A DNA stretch of 64,000 bases from Tritonibacter litoralis (GCF_009496005.1 NZ_WIBF01000002.1:311191-375190), one strand, 5' to 3'; shown: positions 40,541 to 50,682, counted from the first letter of the stretch. Program-made: numbers and translations. Notes: generated by a model not told the origin, from the letters alone.

Positions 40541-42301
40541 ATGCGTCACAGGATTGGAACGCAAAGTGACTTGACCGCCGCCGCCCTTCCCCACAGTTAT
40601 GGGGCAGTAAAAGTGGAGGGGTCTTTGGCTGAGCAATTGTGGCAGGGCGACCGGGTTACCAAATTTCGGATCATTTCTGGCCTGATCCTTTTACTGTATG
40701 CCTTCCTGCATTTCGTAAATCTGGGCTTGGGTTTGGTGTCCTATGAATGGATGGATGCCATGCAGGATGCACGCACCTATGTGACGCGCAGCTTACCAGG
40801 GTCTGTGATCCTGGGTGCAGCGCTTCTGGGGCATGCTGGCCTTGCGTTTTACGGTCTGATTCAGCGTCGAACCCTGCGGATGCCTTTTCACCAATGGTTT
40901 CAAGTTGCCTTGGGCCTTGTGATCCCTTTACAGCTTATGGGTCATATCATCTTCACGCGCTATGCCCATGAGATCCATAACGTGAATGATGAATTTGGCT
41001 ATATGATCCTGTTGATCTGGGGCAGTCAATCCGCCTGGTATCAGGCTGCATTGCTTGTGGTGGTTTGGATCCACGGCAGCATCGGAATGCACCATTGGCT
41101 ACGCCTGACACGATGGTGGCGGCCGTTGACGCCCTACGCCATTGGCGCCGCAGTGTTTGTGCCCCTTTTTGCACTTACCGGTTATCTGTTTGAAGGGCGC
41201 CGTTTGACTGAACTCGCGTATGAAGATGGGTTTGGACCCGAAATGCGCGCAGATTTCAACTGGCCCGACGCGGCAGCGCGCAGCGAAATGATCCAGCTTT
41301 TGAACTGGTCAGAACAAAGCTACTGGATCCTTTTGGCAGCCCTGGCTGGTATCTATCTTGTACGCCGCATGCTACGCCGCCGCCGGGCCGTCAAAATACG
41401 CTATATCGACGGCCCGACCGTGGATGGCGACCGCGGCATGACGCTGTTGGAAATGTCGCAAACCCATGGTGTGCCCCACACGGCGCTGTGCGGCGGCAAA
41501 GGGCGTTGCACCACATGCCGGGTGGTAATCGAAGAAGGTGCAGATACGCTGCCGCCTCCTTCGCTGGCAGAGACACGCTCGCTGCAAGCGGTCAAGGCTG
41601 AGCCGAACATGCGCCTGGCCTGCCAGATCCGCCCGGACCAGCCCATCACAGCCTATCGTGTCTTTCGCCCCAAAGGAGGGCGCAACCGGGCCCATGCCAG
41701 CCAGGGCGAAGAGCGCCAGATTGCCATTCTGTTTCTGGACATGCGTGGGTTTACCCAGCGCACGGCCGGTTTGTTGCCCTATGACGTTGTGTTCCTGCTG
41801 AACCGGTTCTTTGACGCCATCGTGCCTGAAATCACCCGCACCGGTGGGAATGTCGACAAATACATGGGGGATGGGCTGCTGGCCGTGTTTGAAACACCTG
41901 ATCCCCGGTCGTCGGCACGGGCCGCGCTGGCAGCGGTGTGCGGGATCTCCGAAGCGCTTGAGAAATTCAATGCGGCACTGGAAGCTGCCGGGGACACGCC
42001 GGTGAAGATCGGCATGGGGCTCCACTTGGGACAGGTTGTTGTGGGTGAAATTGGCAGCGGCTCCAAAGCGCCCCGCACCATCATCGGCGGAACTGTGAAT
42101 GCCGCCAGCCGGCTTGAGGCGATGTGCAAAGAGTTGGCGGTGGAGCTTCTGGTGTCGGAAAGTCTGCTGCGCGCGGCCAATATCACGCTGGCAGGGAAAG
42201 AAATGCGTACCTTTGAACTGCGCGGTGTGGCGTTGCCCGTACGCGCCTGGCCACTCAAATCCGCGACGCGTTTGCGTGGAGAACTGCCCCAAACCGCCTA
42301 A
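40541..42301 (+). CDS. membrane-anchored 2Fe-2S ferredoxin-domain / class III adenylate-guanylate cyclase fusion protein
   Basis: N-terminal His-rich polytopic domain (about 6 TM). Plant-type ferredoxin CGGKGRCTTC...LAC. Cyclase domain with ILFLDMRGFT and DKYMGDG metal/substrate motifs. Confidence 0.7.
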   Translation: MRHRIGTQSDLTAAALPHSYGAVKVEGSLAEQLWQGDRVTKFRIISGLILLLYAFLHFVNLGLGLVSYEWMDAMQDARTYVTRSLPGSVILGAALLGHAGLAFYGLIQRRTLRMPFHQWFQVALGLVIPLQLMGHIIFTRYAHEIHNVNDEFGYMILLIWGSQSAWYQAALLVVVWIHGSIGMHHWLRLTRWWRPLTPYAIGAAVFVPLFALTGYLFEGRRLTELAYEDGFGPEMRADFNWPDAAARSEMIQLLNWSEQSYWILLAALAGIYLVRRMLRRRRAVKIRYIDGPTVDGDRGMTLLEMSQTHGVPHTALCGGKGRCTTCRVVIEEGADTLPPPSLAETRSLQAVKAEPNMRLACQIRPDQPITAYRVFRPKGGRNRAHASQGEERQIAILFLDMRGFTQRTAGLLPYDVVFLLNRFFDAIVPEITRTGGNVDKYMGDGLLAVFETPDPRSSARAALAAVCGISEALEKFNAALEAAGDTPVKIGMGLHLGQVVVGEIGSGSKAPRTIIGGTVNAASRLEAMCKELAVELLVSESLLRAANITLAGKEMRTFELRGVALPVRAWPLKSATRLRGELPQTA

Positions 42302-42557
42302 TTGTCACCCATTTGTTTCACAAACATCGACTTCCAGGCGCTTTGGAAACACATTTCATCTGAAATTCGTAAAATACCCATAATCTCGTCCCAAAGCTCA
42401 TGAAAAAGGCCGAACAGGGGTCTTGATGCGCGAGCAGAAGCACATCTTGTCCTTTTTACATTGGTGTGGTGGACATCAACGTCCTGTTACCTGTATGCCC
42501 CCAACTGGAAAAGGCACCTCCCTTTACCAATTCTGCGAGAACGATGAGAGAATTCGC

Positions 42558-44273
42558 ATGTCCACATTGAGTAACTTGGCTCCCATTCCGGAGCTATATG
42601 TATCGTATGAGTCCGCGCAAAAGCTGAAGGTTGAGGCCGCAAGCCTCAAAAGCCATGACCTGAGCCCGCGCCAGATTTGTGACCTGGAACTTTTGATGAA
42701 CGGCGGCTTCAATCCGCTGAAAGGCTTTCTGAGCGAAGCCGACTATAATGGTGTTGTTGAAAACATGCGTCTGGCAGACGGCCAACTGTGGCCAATGCCG
42801 ATCACGTTGGATGTGTCTGAAGACTTTGCGCAATCTCTGGAAATTGGCGAAGACATCGCTTTGCGCGACCAGGAAGGTGTAATCCTGGCCACCATGACCG
42901 TGACCGACCGCTGGGAGCCGAACAAATCGGTCGAAGCGGAAAAAGTATTTGGTGCCGATGATATCGCGCACCCGGCGGTGGATTACCTGCACAACCAAGC
43001 AGGCAAAATCTATCTGGGTGGTCCTATCACCGGCATCCAACAGCCGGTACACTATGACTTCCGCGCCCGCCGTGACACGCCGAACGAGCTGCGTGCCTAT
43101 TTCCGCAAGCTGGGCTGGCGCAAAATCGTTGCGTTCCAAACCCGCAACCCTCTGCACCGCGCACACCAGGAACTGACCTTCCGCGCCGCGCGTGAAGCCG
43201 AAGCAAACCTGCTGATCCACCCCGTGGTCGGCATGACCAAACCCGGTGATGTGGACCACTTCACCCGCGTTCGCTGCTATGAGGCGGTTCTGGACAAGTA
43301 TCCGGCGTCCACCACCTCCATGTCGCTGCTGCCGCTGGCCATGCGTATGGCTGGCCCGCGTGAAGCGGTCTGGCACGGTCTGATCCGTAAAAACCACGGT
43401 CTGACCCATTTCATCGTTGGCCGCGACCACGCGGGCCCCGGCAAAAACAGCCAGGGCGAAGATTTCTACGGTCCTTACGACGCGCAGGAACTCTTCCAAG
43501 AGCACGAAGAAGAAATGGGCATCAAAATGGTGCCGTTCAAACACATGGTCTGGGTTGCGGAACGCGCGCAATACGAAGCCATCGACGAGATTGAGGACAA
43601 GGATGACATCACCATCCTGAACATCTCGGGCACCGAGCTGCGCCGTCGTCTGGCGGAAGGCCTGGAAATCCCGGAATGGTTCTCCTTCCCGGAGGTTGTC
43701 TCGGAACTGCGCAAGACCAAGCCGCCGCGCGCCAACCAGGGCTTCACCGTCTTCTTCACCGGTTTCTCCGGGTCCGGCAAGTCCACCATTGCAAACGCTT
43801 TGATGGTCAAGCTGATGGAAATGGGCGGCCGTCCGGTTACCCTGCTTGACGGTGACATCGTTCGTAAGAACCTGTCATCCGAGCTTGGCTTCTCAAAAGA
43901 GCACCGCGATCTGAACATCCAGCGGATCGGTTATGTTGCTTCTGAAATCACCAAAAACGGTGGTATCGCGATCTGCGCGCCGATTGCTCCTTACGCCACC
44001 ACACGCCGTCAGGTCCGTCAGGGCATTGAACAATATGGTGCGTTTGTCGAAGTGCACGTAGCAACCTCCATCGAGGAATGCGAACGCCGCGACCGCAAAG
44101 GCCTGTATAAGCTGGCGCGTGAAGGCAAAATCAAAGAGTTCACCGGTATTTCGGATCCCTATGACGTTCCGGAAAACCCAGAGCTTCGCGTTGAGACCGA
44201 GAATGTCGATGTCGACAACTGCGCACATCAGGTCATCCTGAAACTGGAAGCCATGGGCCTGATCAAAGGCTAA
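42558..44273 (+). CDS. sat: bifunctional sulfate adenylyltransferase / adenylylsulfate kinase
   Basis: ATP-sulfurylase QTRNPLHRAH and HxxH-like motifs, then APS-kinase P-loop GFSGSGKST. Confidence 0.85.
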   Translation: MSTLSNLAPIPELYVSYESAQKLKVEAASLKSHDLSPRQICDLELLMNGGFNPLKGFLSEADYNGVVENMRLADGQLWPMPITLDVSEDFAQSLEIGEDIALRDQEGVILATMTVTDRWEPNKSVEAEKVFGADDIAHPAVDYLHNQAGKIYLGGPITGIQQPVHYDFRARRDTPNELRAYFRKLGWRKIVAFQTRNPLHRAHQELTFRAAREAEANLLIHPVVGMTKPGDVDHFTRVRCYEAVLDKYPASTTSMSLLPLAMRMAGPREAVWHGLIRKNHGLTHFIVGRDHAGPGKNSQGEDFYGPYDAQELFQEHEEEMGIKMVPFKHMVWVAERAQYEAIDEIEDKDDITILNISGTELRRRLAEGLEIPEWFSFPEVVSELRKTKPPRANQGFTVFFTGFSGSGKSTIANALMVKLMEMGGRPVTLLDGDIVRKNLSSELGFSKEHRDLNIQRIGYVASEITKNGGIAICAPIAPYATTRRQVRQGIEQYGAFVEVHVATSIEECERRDRKGLYKLAREGKIKEFTGISDPYDVPENPELRVETENVDVDNCAHQVILKLEAMGLIKG

Positions 44274-44430
44274 CGGCATCCACAACACCTTCATTTGGCC
44301 CGCCAGTTTTGGCGGGCCAATTGCGTTATAAGGTATGAAATAGGAACAATTGGAATTAGCGAAATCGGTTCAAAAACATATCGTTAAATCATTGACAATC
44401 AATTCGCATTAATCAGGGCGGGCATCTTGT

Positions 44431-44736
44431 TTGGATACCATGCCCAGTTTTATCGTCATATGTTCCTGTGTGTTTACTATGCTCCTCGCGCCTCTATTGG
44501 CGCTTGCCAGCGCTCCCTCTCCCACAATTGGTTCACCGGCTTTGGTGATCGTTCCGCCTTGGGTCAACGCAACACAGCTTGCGCAGACGGCTCAGGTGGC
44601 GCAGCTGCTCTCGTCGAGCGCTCCGATGGGGGCTTTTGTGGTGCCCACCAACGCAGAAGATGTGACGCGTCTCTTAGAAAACGGCGCGTGGTTTGTCATC
44701 GATGGTAAAAGGATCGCAGAGTTTTGCGCCATTTAA
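44431..44736 (+). CDS. hypothetical small secreted protein (101 aa)
   Basis: Signal-peptide-like N-terminus. Lies just upstream of, and overlaps, the MCP gene. Confidence 0.3.
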   Translation: MDTMPSFIVICSCVFTMLLAPLLALASAPSPTIGSPALVIVPPWVNATQLAQTAQVAQLLSSSAPMGAFVVPTNAEDVTRLLENGAWFVIDGKRIAEFCAI

Positions 44737-46286
44737 CGCCTTCCCCTTCACATCAACCCCAAGGGTTGTTTGCGTCCGAAAAATTCTTGCAACAGGCTGT
44801 CAGCTGGCTGTTGCTTCCGGTTCCCACACTCGCTGCACTGTTTTTCGGTGGTGGGCTGCCCTGGACCGTTTTTGCAGGTCTAAGCGCCGGGTTGACGCTG
44901 CTCAGCTTCCTGGCAACACGGTTGGATAAACAATCCCACGACTTTCTGCTTAGCGCGTGTTTGGTGGGCCATTGTATCTTGATCACTGCTTCACTGGCGG
45001 GTCACCCGTGGCAGATGGACACCCATATGCTGTATTTTGCGGTTTTGGCGATTGTGTCGACGCTGGGCAATCCAACGGCCCTTCTGCTGGCGGCAGGCCT
45101 GATTGCCGTCCACCACGTCAGCCTCAGCTTCCTGCTGCCGTCCCTTGTGTATCCAGGCGGCGATATGGTTGAGAACCTCACCAGAACAGTCATTCACGCA
45201 GTTATTGTTGTTCTGGAAACCGGTGTTCTTCTGCTGAGCCTACGCAAAAAGAACGCAGCCGATATGGCACTGGCCATGCAACAAGATGCGGTTCAAGAAC
45301 AGGCCGAAGCCGCCGAACGTGCAACACGTGATGCAAACCAAAACAAAGAAGAAGCAGAGCATATCGTTGGGCTGCTGAGCGACCGCCTTGGCGCGTTGGC
45401 GCAGGGCCGATTGGATTGCACGATCACCGAGGATTTTCCCCATGCCTACCGCGGTTTGAAATCCGATTTTAACAACACCATCGAAAAAATCTCTGACACC
45501 ATCTCTGGCGCGCTGGATAAAACGCGGGCGATCAATGATGGCGCAAATGGGATTAGTCAGGCGTCCGAAGACCTGTCGATGCGGACCGAGAGCCAGGCAG
45601 CGACCTTGGAGCAAACTGCCGCGGCCCTGGAGGAGTTGACGTCTTCTGTACGTGCAGCGGCATCAGGCGCACGCGGCGTCGAAGAGACCATGCGCACCGC
45701 ACGTACCGAGGCCGAAGACTGCAGCCAAACTGTCAAAACTGCCGTTGAGGCGATGAACCGGATCGAAGCATCCTCGGACAAGATTGGTCAAATTATCTCG
45801 GTCATTGATGACATTGCATTTCAGACCAACCTATTAGCGTTGAACGCGGGCGTCGAAGCGGCCCGTGCCGGTGAAAGCGGTCGTGGCTTTGCGGTTGTAG
45901 CCTCCGAAGTTCGTAGCCTGGCGCTGCGCTCTGCGGATGCGGCAACAGAGATCAAAGCGCTGATTTCCGAAAGCTCCGAACAGGTTGGTGAAGGCGTCGA
46001 ACTGGTGGACAAAGCTGGCACCTCGATTGCCTCAATCACCGAGCGGGTTAGTGAAATATCTGGTTTGATCGGCGACATCGCCACCGGAGCCGCCGAGCAA
46101 TCGACCGGTATCAGTGAATTAAACAGCGCCGTGAGCCAATTGGATCAGGTGACCCAGAAGAACGCCGCCATGGTCGAAGAAGCCACAGCCGCCGGTCAGA
46201 TGCTGTGCGACGAAGCCAATCAGTTGAATGGTCTGATGGGTTATTTCTCGGGCGTCTCACATACGTCGAACACCCACGCGGCCTGA
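44724..46286 (+). CDS. methyl-accepting chemotaxis protein with polytopic membrane sensor domain
   Basis: Highly conserved MCP signalling hairpin (DDIAFQTNLLALNAGVEAARAGESGRGFAVVASEVRSLA). N-terminus has more than 4 TM helices and no periplasmic ligand-binding domain. Start uncertain. Confidence 0.75.
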   Translation: MRHLTPSPSHQPQGLFASEKFLQQAVSWLLLPVPTLAALFFGGGLPWTVFAGLSAGLTLLSFLATRLDKQSHDFLLSACLVGHCILITASLAGHPWQMDTHMLYFAVLAIVSTLGNPTALLLAAGLIAVHHVSLSFLLPSLVYPGGDMVENLTRTVIHAVIVVLETGVLLLSLRKKNAADMALAMQQDAVQEQAEAAERATRDANQNKEEAEHIVGLLSDRLGALAQGRLDCTITEDFPHAYRGLKSDFNNTIEKISDTISGALDKTRAINDGANGISQASEDLSMRTESQAATLEQTAAALEELTSSVRAAASGARGVEETMRTARTEAEDCSQTVKTAVEAMNRIEASSDKIGQIISVIDDIAFQTNLLALNAGVEAARAGESGRGFAVVASEVRSLALRSADAATEIKALISESSEQVGEGVELVDKAGTSIASITERVSEISGLIGDIATGAAEQSTGISELNSAVSQLDQVTQKNAAMVEEATAAGQMLCDEANQLNGLMGYFSGVSHTSNTHAA

Positions 46287-46352
46287 CGCCACCGCTGTGT
46301 GTAACTATCAAAACGCCCGCCTTTTGGCGGGCGTGTTACATTTGAGCCGATT

Positions 46353-47567
46353 TCACCCGCGGGCGGCGATACCTGCGTTTTGCAACCCGCTCCAGATCGC
46401 CCAACCGCCGGCCAGCAGCAGCAAGAAAACCGCGAGAATTCCATAAGTCACCGGAAACCCCCAGGCCTGAATGGCTGGAATGCTCAGCGCGGGTGACACC
46501 AATTGGCCGACAAATGTCGCCGTTGTCAGCAGCCCACTGGCCCGCCCCCTCCAATGCAAGGGCGCCGCTTTGAGCATCATCCCTGCAAAAACGGGCGAGG
46601 CCAGCGCATAGCCGATGCCAACAATCGTCGCGCCCAGCATTGCAACTTCAAGCCCCGGTGCCAGCGCCAAGGTGCCATAGCCCAAGGCCATGCTGCCAAA
46701 ACCGGCCACACAGGTGCCGGCGTTGCTCAGAATGGCGGACACTTGTGCAAACCGCATTGCTGCAATCGCCGCAGCCAGCGTCATAACACCAAGCGTCGCC
46801 CCAGCATAAACGGGCGCTGCCACGCCTAAGCTGTTGAGGAAGAACGGCACTTGGGTGGGCATGACAAAGAACGACATGTTCAGGATGCCCTGAAACACCG
46901 CGATGATCATCACAGACCGCATCCAGCGCCCCGGTTTGGCGTCCCCTTCAGCGGGGCTCTGATCGCCCGGTGTGGCCCGTGTCGCACCGTCGTCCGGAAG
47001 GCCACGCGCGATAACCCACAAGAAGAGAAAGGCCAGCCCATAAATCGCAAAGGGCAAGCGCGCATCCCATGTGGCCAGAACACCCGCACCCGATATGCAG
47101 ATCAGCCCCGATATATTGCGCGCCGAAATCTGAAAGCCCAGCATCTTTTGACGTCTATCCCCTTGGAACAAATCCCCAAGCAAGGCGATCTGCGTGGTCA
47201 GGATCAACGCCATGCCAACACCCAGCACCAAACGGCTGGCTATCATCCAGCGCAGATCCGGCAACCAGAACCCGGCACAGCCCGCTCCTGCAAACAAGGC
47301 AACACCCCAAAGCATCAAAGGTTTACGCCCCATCGTGTCAGCCATACGGCCCGCAAGGGGCGCAAAGATAACAACGGCAGCAGAAGGTGCCGGGACCAGA
47401 AACCGGCTGAGCCAATCCGCCAAGGGATCGTCTGCAAACTCTGCGGCCAGCAAAGGCAACGCCGGGCTGAGGGTAGCATTGCCCATAACCATCATGGATG
47501 CCGCCAGCAGCAGGGCAAACGCGGCAGGTTCGGTCCACAGCCGCGCGGTTGGGTATGTGTCGATCAT
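46353..47567 (-). CDS. MFS transporter
   Basis: 12-TM protein with the MFS G.LaDr.GrK/R loop (GRMADTMGRKP). Confidence 0.75.
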   Translation of the reverse strand: MIDTYPTARLWTEPAAFALLLAASMMVMGNATLSPALPLLAAEFADDPLADWLSRFLVPAPSAAVVIFAPLAGRMADTMGRKPLMLWGVALFAGAGCAGFWLPDLRWMIASRLVLGVGMALILTTQIALLGDLFQGDRRQKMLGFQISARNISGLICISGAGVLATWDARLPFAIYGLAFLFLWVIARGLPDDGATRATPGDQSPAEGDAKPGRWMRSVMIIAVFQGILNMSFFVMPTQVPFFLNSLGVAAPVYAGATLGVMTLAAAIAAMRFAQVSAILSNAGTCVAGFGSMALGYGTLALAPGLEVAMLGATIVGIGYALASPVFAGMMLKAAPLHWRGRASGLLTTATFVGQLVSPALSIPAIQAWGFPVTYGILAVFLLLLAGGWAIWSGLQNAGIAARG

Positions 47568-47600
47568 TTCAGTTTCCTCTTGTGAACATCAGCGATTCTC

Positions 47601-48113
47601 TTGAGGATGCAACTTGAAGTCAGCTTGAGGTCAATTTTGGAACACACCTGCACGTCTCCGCAAAAAGCGCCCCCGCAGCTGAGTGTTCTGGACATTTCGG
47701 CTGTTGCGAAACAATCGGGGTTTTCCCCGTCAACCTTGCGCTACTATGAGGAATTGGGGCTGATCCAATCCGTTGGTCGCAAGGGGTTAAGACGATTGTT
47801 TGGCCCGCAGACGCTGGTTCAGCTGTCGGTGATTTCTTTGGCCAAGACCGCTGGGTTTTCATTGGAAGAAATCACCGCCATGATCGGTCCTGATGGGCAA
47901 CCCCAGCGAGACCGCGCCGAATTGCGCGCACGCGCGGATGCGCTGGACGCTCAGATCACACGGCTGTCAGGGTTGCGCGACATGTTACGCCACGCCGCAG
48001 AGTGCCCGCACCCGGACCCGCTTGATTGCCCCAAGTTTCAACGGCTGTTGCATTTGGCCACCCGGATCCAACGCCGGGGTCGAACGAAACAAGTCGCTCT
48101 CCCCAAGGCCTGA
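47601..48113 (+). CDS. MerR family transcriptional regulator
   Basis: HTH ISAVAKQSGFSPSTLRYYEELGLI. Divergent from the MFS gene. The true start is probably a downstream TTG. Confidence 0.65.
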   Translation: MRMQLEVSLRSILEHTCTSPQKAPPQLSVLDISAVAKQSGFSPSTLRYYEELGLIQSVGRKGLRRLFGPQTLVQLSVISLAKTAGFSLEEITAMIGPDGQPQRDRAELRARADALDAQITRLSGLRDMLRHAAECPHPDPLDCPKFQRLLHLATRIQRRGRTKQVALPKA

Positions 48114-48130
48114 ACCCAAGGCCCAAGGTG

Positions 48131-49021
48131 TCAAAGCCTGTCAGGCAGGTGAACACGCCCAGACATCAAGACAAACCCCTGCCCGGCAACTTTGATGCCC
48201 GTCATGTCTGAACTGGGCCCTACGCGGGTCACACGCGCCTGACCGGGCCGTCCCATTCCATGGCCTTGCTCGGCTATAAAAATATCTTTGGGCATCAAAT
48301 CATGATGCCACAGATAGGCCGCCATTGCTCCTGTTGCCGAGCCGGTAAATGGATCCTCAGGCGGGCTTGGAGGGGCCATCAACAGCCGTGAAAACGTATC
48401 GCCCTCAGCCGTCGCGCCCTGCAGCGTCACAAGAAAAGGTTCCATCAGATCAATGCCATCCGCGCCCGCTGACTGGGCCAGCTTAGCAAGCGCATCCAGG
48501 TTCAGCTGCGCCGCAGCGAGGCTGTTGTGATCTTTCAGAACTGTGATGCAAAATGGCAACCCCGTGGACACTTGCTGCGGCTGACCCACAATCGCCTCAA
48601 CCGGCAGTGAGACTGCCGCCGCAACCAGGCTTGGGTCGATGGCGGGGCCAAATTGCGGCGCAATCTGCGTCATCTCAATCTCATCCCCTTGGATGTCGAT
48701 CGCAACAATTCCAGCCTGTGTTTCCAGGGTTAAATGATCGCCGCGCACCAATCCGCGACTGCGCAGGGCCGCCACGGTGGCAATGGTCGGATGACCTGCA
48801 AAAGGGATCTCGCGACTGGCCAGGAAATACCGCACATGGACGTCCGCCACAGAGGATGGGCCCGTGAAAGTGCATTCGACCAAAGACGTCTCTTTCACAT
48901 AAGTGCAGGCGATATCCTCGCCCAGATGCGCGCCGCCGTGCACAACAGCACAGCCATTTCCGCCAAAGGGGCGATCGGTAAAGGCATCAACCCAATCAAA
49001 ATCAAAGGCTGTTGTGGACAT
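48131..49021 (-). CDS. PhzF family phenazine-biosynthesis-like isomerase
   Basis: FAGNPLAV-like motif (FGGNGCAVV) and a duplicated DAP-epimerase-like fold. Confidence 0.75.
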   Translation of the reverse strand: MSTTAFDFDWVDAFTDRPFGGNGCAVVHGGAHLGEDIACTYVKETSLVECTFTGPSSVADVHVRYFLASREIPFAGHPTIATVAALRSRGLVRGDHLTLETQAGIVAIDIQGDEIEMTQIAPQFGPAIDPSLVAAAVSLPVEAIVGQPQQVSTGLPFCITVLKDHNSLAAAQLNLDALAKLAQSAGADGIDLMEPFLVTLQGATAEGDTFSRLLMAPPSPPEDPFTGSATGAMAAYLWHHDLMPKDIFIAEQGHGMGRPGQARVTRVGPSSDMTGIKVAGQGFVLMSGRVHLPDRL

Positions 49022-49140
49022 GGTGACTGTGCTCCGAGTTGTGTGGCTCAGCCAACCTAGGGCACCAAAAAAGGCGGGTCAAAACCCGCCTTGTGTATCC
49101 TTACATTGTTTTGGAGGCTTGCTCACCCAAGCTCGCCCGC

Positions 49141-49365
49141 TCAATGAACGGGGACAGGAGCACAGTCGTTTTGTCGCGCCAGCACAAAAGCCATCCGGCG
49201 ATCCGCAACCAAGGCCAGTTGTTCGCCATTATCGTCATGCACCGCATACAGGTGGCTGCGCCCCTCGGCGCTGTCTTGTACGTCTTGCGGCAAGGCGGCC
49301 ACATCAACGGCTTTGACATAAACCACGCGCTGCGCGCTACTGAGATTTTCAAAATTTTCCTGCAT
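49141..49365 (-). CDS. DUF1150 family protein
   Basis: Small protein immediately downstream of hsp20. This pairing is conserved in alphaproteobacteria, from memory. Confidence 0.5.
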   Translation of the reverse strand: MQENFENLSSAQRVVYVKAVDVAALPQDVQDSAEGRSHLYAVHDDNGEQLALVADRRMAFVLARQNDCAPVPVH

Positions 49366-49371
49366 CTGATA

Positions 49372-49785
49372 TTACCCCTTCTTAATGTTGATTGTTTGAA
49401 CGACGGTTTCAGGGCGTGAGCGGGTCAGGTCCACATGCAGAAGACCATTCTCCATCACAGCCTCGCCAACCTCGACTCCATCCGCCAACACAAACATGCG
49501 CTGAAACTGCCGCGCGGCGATGCCACGGTGCAGAAACACCCGGCCCTCGCTGTCGTCACTTTGACGGCCGCGGATCACCAGTTGACGGTCTTCGATCGTG
49601 ATCGACAGATCCTCTTCTGCGAATCCAGCCACGGCCAGCGTGATGCGATAGGAGAAATCCGAAGTTTGTTCGATGTTATACGGAGGGTAGCCTTCGTTGC
49701 CAAATTTGGCAGAGCGTTCCAGCAGGCGTTCCAATTGCTCAAACCCCAACATATGCGGGTAAGAGCCCAAGGTAAGTTTTGACAC
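49372..49785 (-). CDS. Hsp20/alpha-crystallin family small heat-shock protein
   Basis: Alpha-crystallin domain (YNIEQTSDFSYRITLAVAGF...LENGLLHVDL). Confidence 0.8.
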   Translation of the reverse strand: MSKLTLGSYPHMLGFEQLERLLERSAKFGNEGYPPYNIEQTSDFSYRITLAVAGFAEEDLSITIEDRQLVIRGRQSDDSEGRVFLHRGIAARQFQRMFVLADGVEVGEAVMENGLLHVDLTRSRPETVVQTINIKKG

Positions 49786-49852
49786 GTATCTCGTCCTTCA
49801 TACAAAAGCGACGTCTTTGCACCAGACCCCGATTTGGCTGCCCGGCTCTCTC

Positions 49853-49882
49853 CAATATGGGCAGTTCAGAGGAATTCACAAG
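49853..49882 (-). promoter_or_regulatory. possible RpoH-type heat-shock promoter for hsp20
   Basis: Minus-strand reading cttgtgaa-N15-cccatatt resembles CTTGAA-N13-15-CCCCATNT. Not verified. Confidence 0.25.
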
Positions 49883-49966
49883 GCCAACCCTCTCTAGGCC
49901 TAGCGAAAAACCGGTTAAAACCTTATGAATGAGGATGTTCCTATCATCAGCATCTGAGTCTAACCA

Positions 49967-50191
49967 ATGAATGCGCCTAATGATCTTTCGATGAAAACCG
50001 ATGAGGTTTTGAAAATCGAGCTTGAGGTGTTTCGCAGGCAGCACCGCGATCTGGATGAGGCAATCACTGCTCTGGAAGAGAAGGCAACCAGCGACCAGCT
50101 GACCGTTCGCCGCCTCAAAAAGCAGAAATTGCAGCTGAAAGACGTGATTGCGCTGATTGAAGACCGGCTAACCCCGGACATCATCGCCTGA
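49967..50191 (+). CDS. DUF465 (YdcH-like) protein
   Basis: 74-aa coiled-coil protein LEEKATSDQLTVRRLKKQKLQLKD, typical of DUF465. Confidence 0.5.
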   Translation: MNAPNDLSMKTDEVLKIELEVFRRQHRDLDEAITALEEKATSDQLTVRRLKKQKLQLKDVIALIEDRLTPDIIA

Positions 50192-50682
50192 GAACGGAGC
50201 TGGTCCCGTCCCCCTTGTGTGACGCGGTCAATGCTCCAAGGTCCAGAAGGGACCACCCTTTTGCGAGGAAGGAACAGGCGCAATTGATGCTGGAGGCGTA
50301 TGGACAGAGCGCCCTCCCGCCCCCCAACACATCCGGGGCTTTTGCCCCGCACGCGCTGAGCGTTGGGCCTGGCAGCGCTGCCGACCTTCGGTCGTTTGCG
50401 CTGCGCAAGTGGCCTAAACAGTTGTTGTGCACGTGACAGATGCCCCATGAGGGGGGGGCGCCTCACAAGCCGGCTTGTGAGGCGCTTGGCCCAAGTCAGG
50501 CTCCTGCATCTGTGATGCAGGAGCGCTGGCGCGGGAGACCACCGAGGGACGGCAGCTGTAAGGAAACTGGGCAACAAGGTCCGCGAACCATTGCGCCGCT
50601 GCCCAGCTTCTCTATAGTGCGCGCGCATTCGAAACCGTTTCTTGGCAACGGTTTTTACACCCGGACCACCCGAAGGAGCTTT

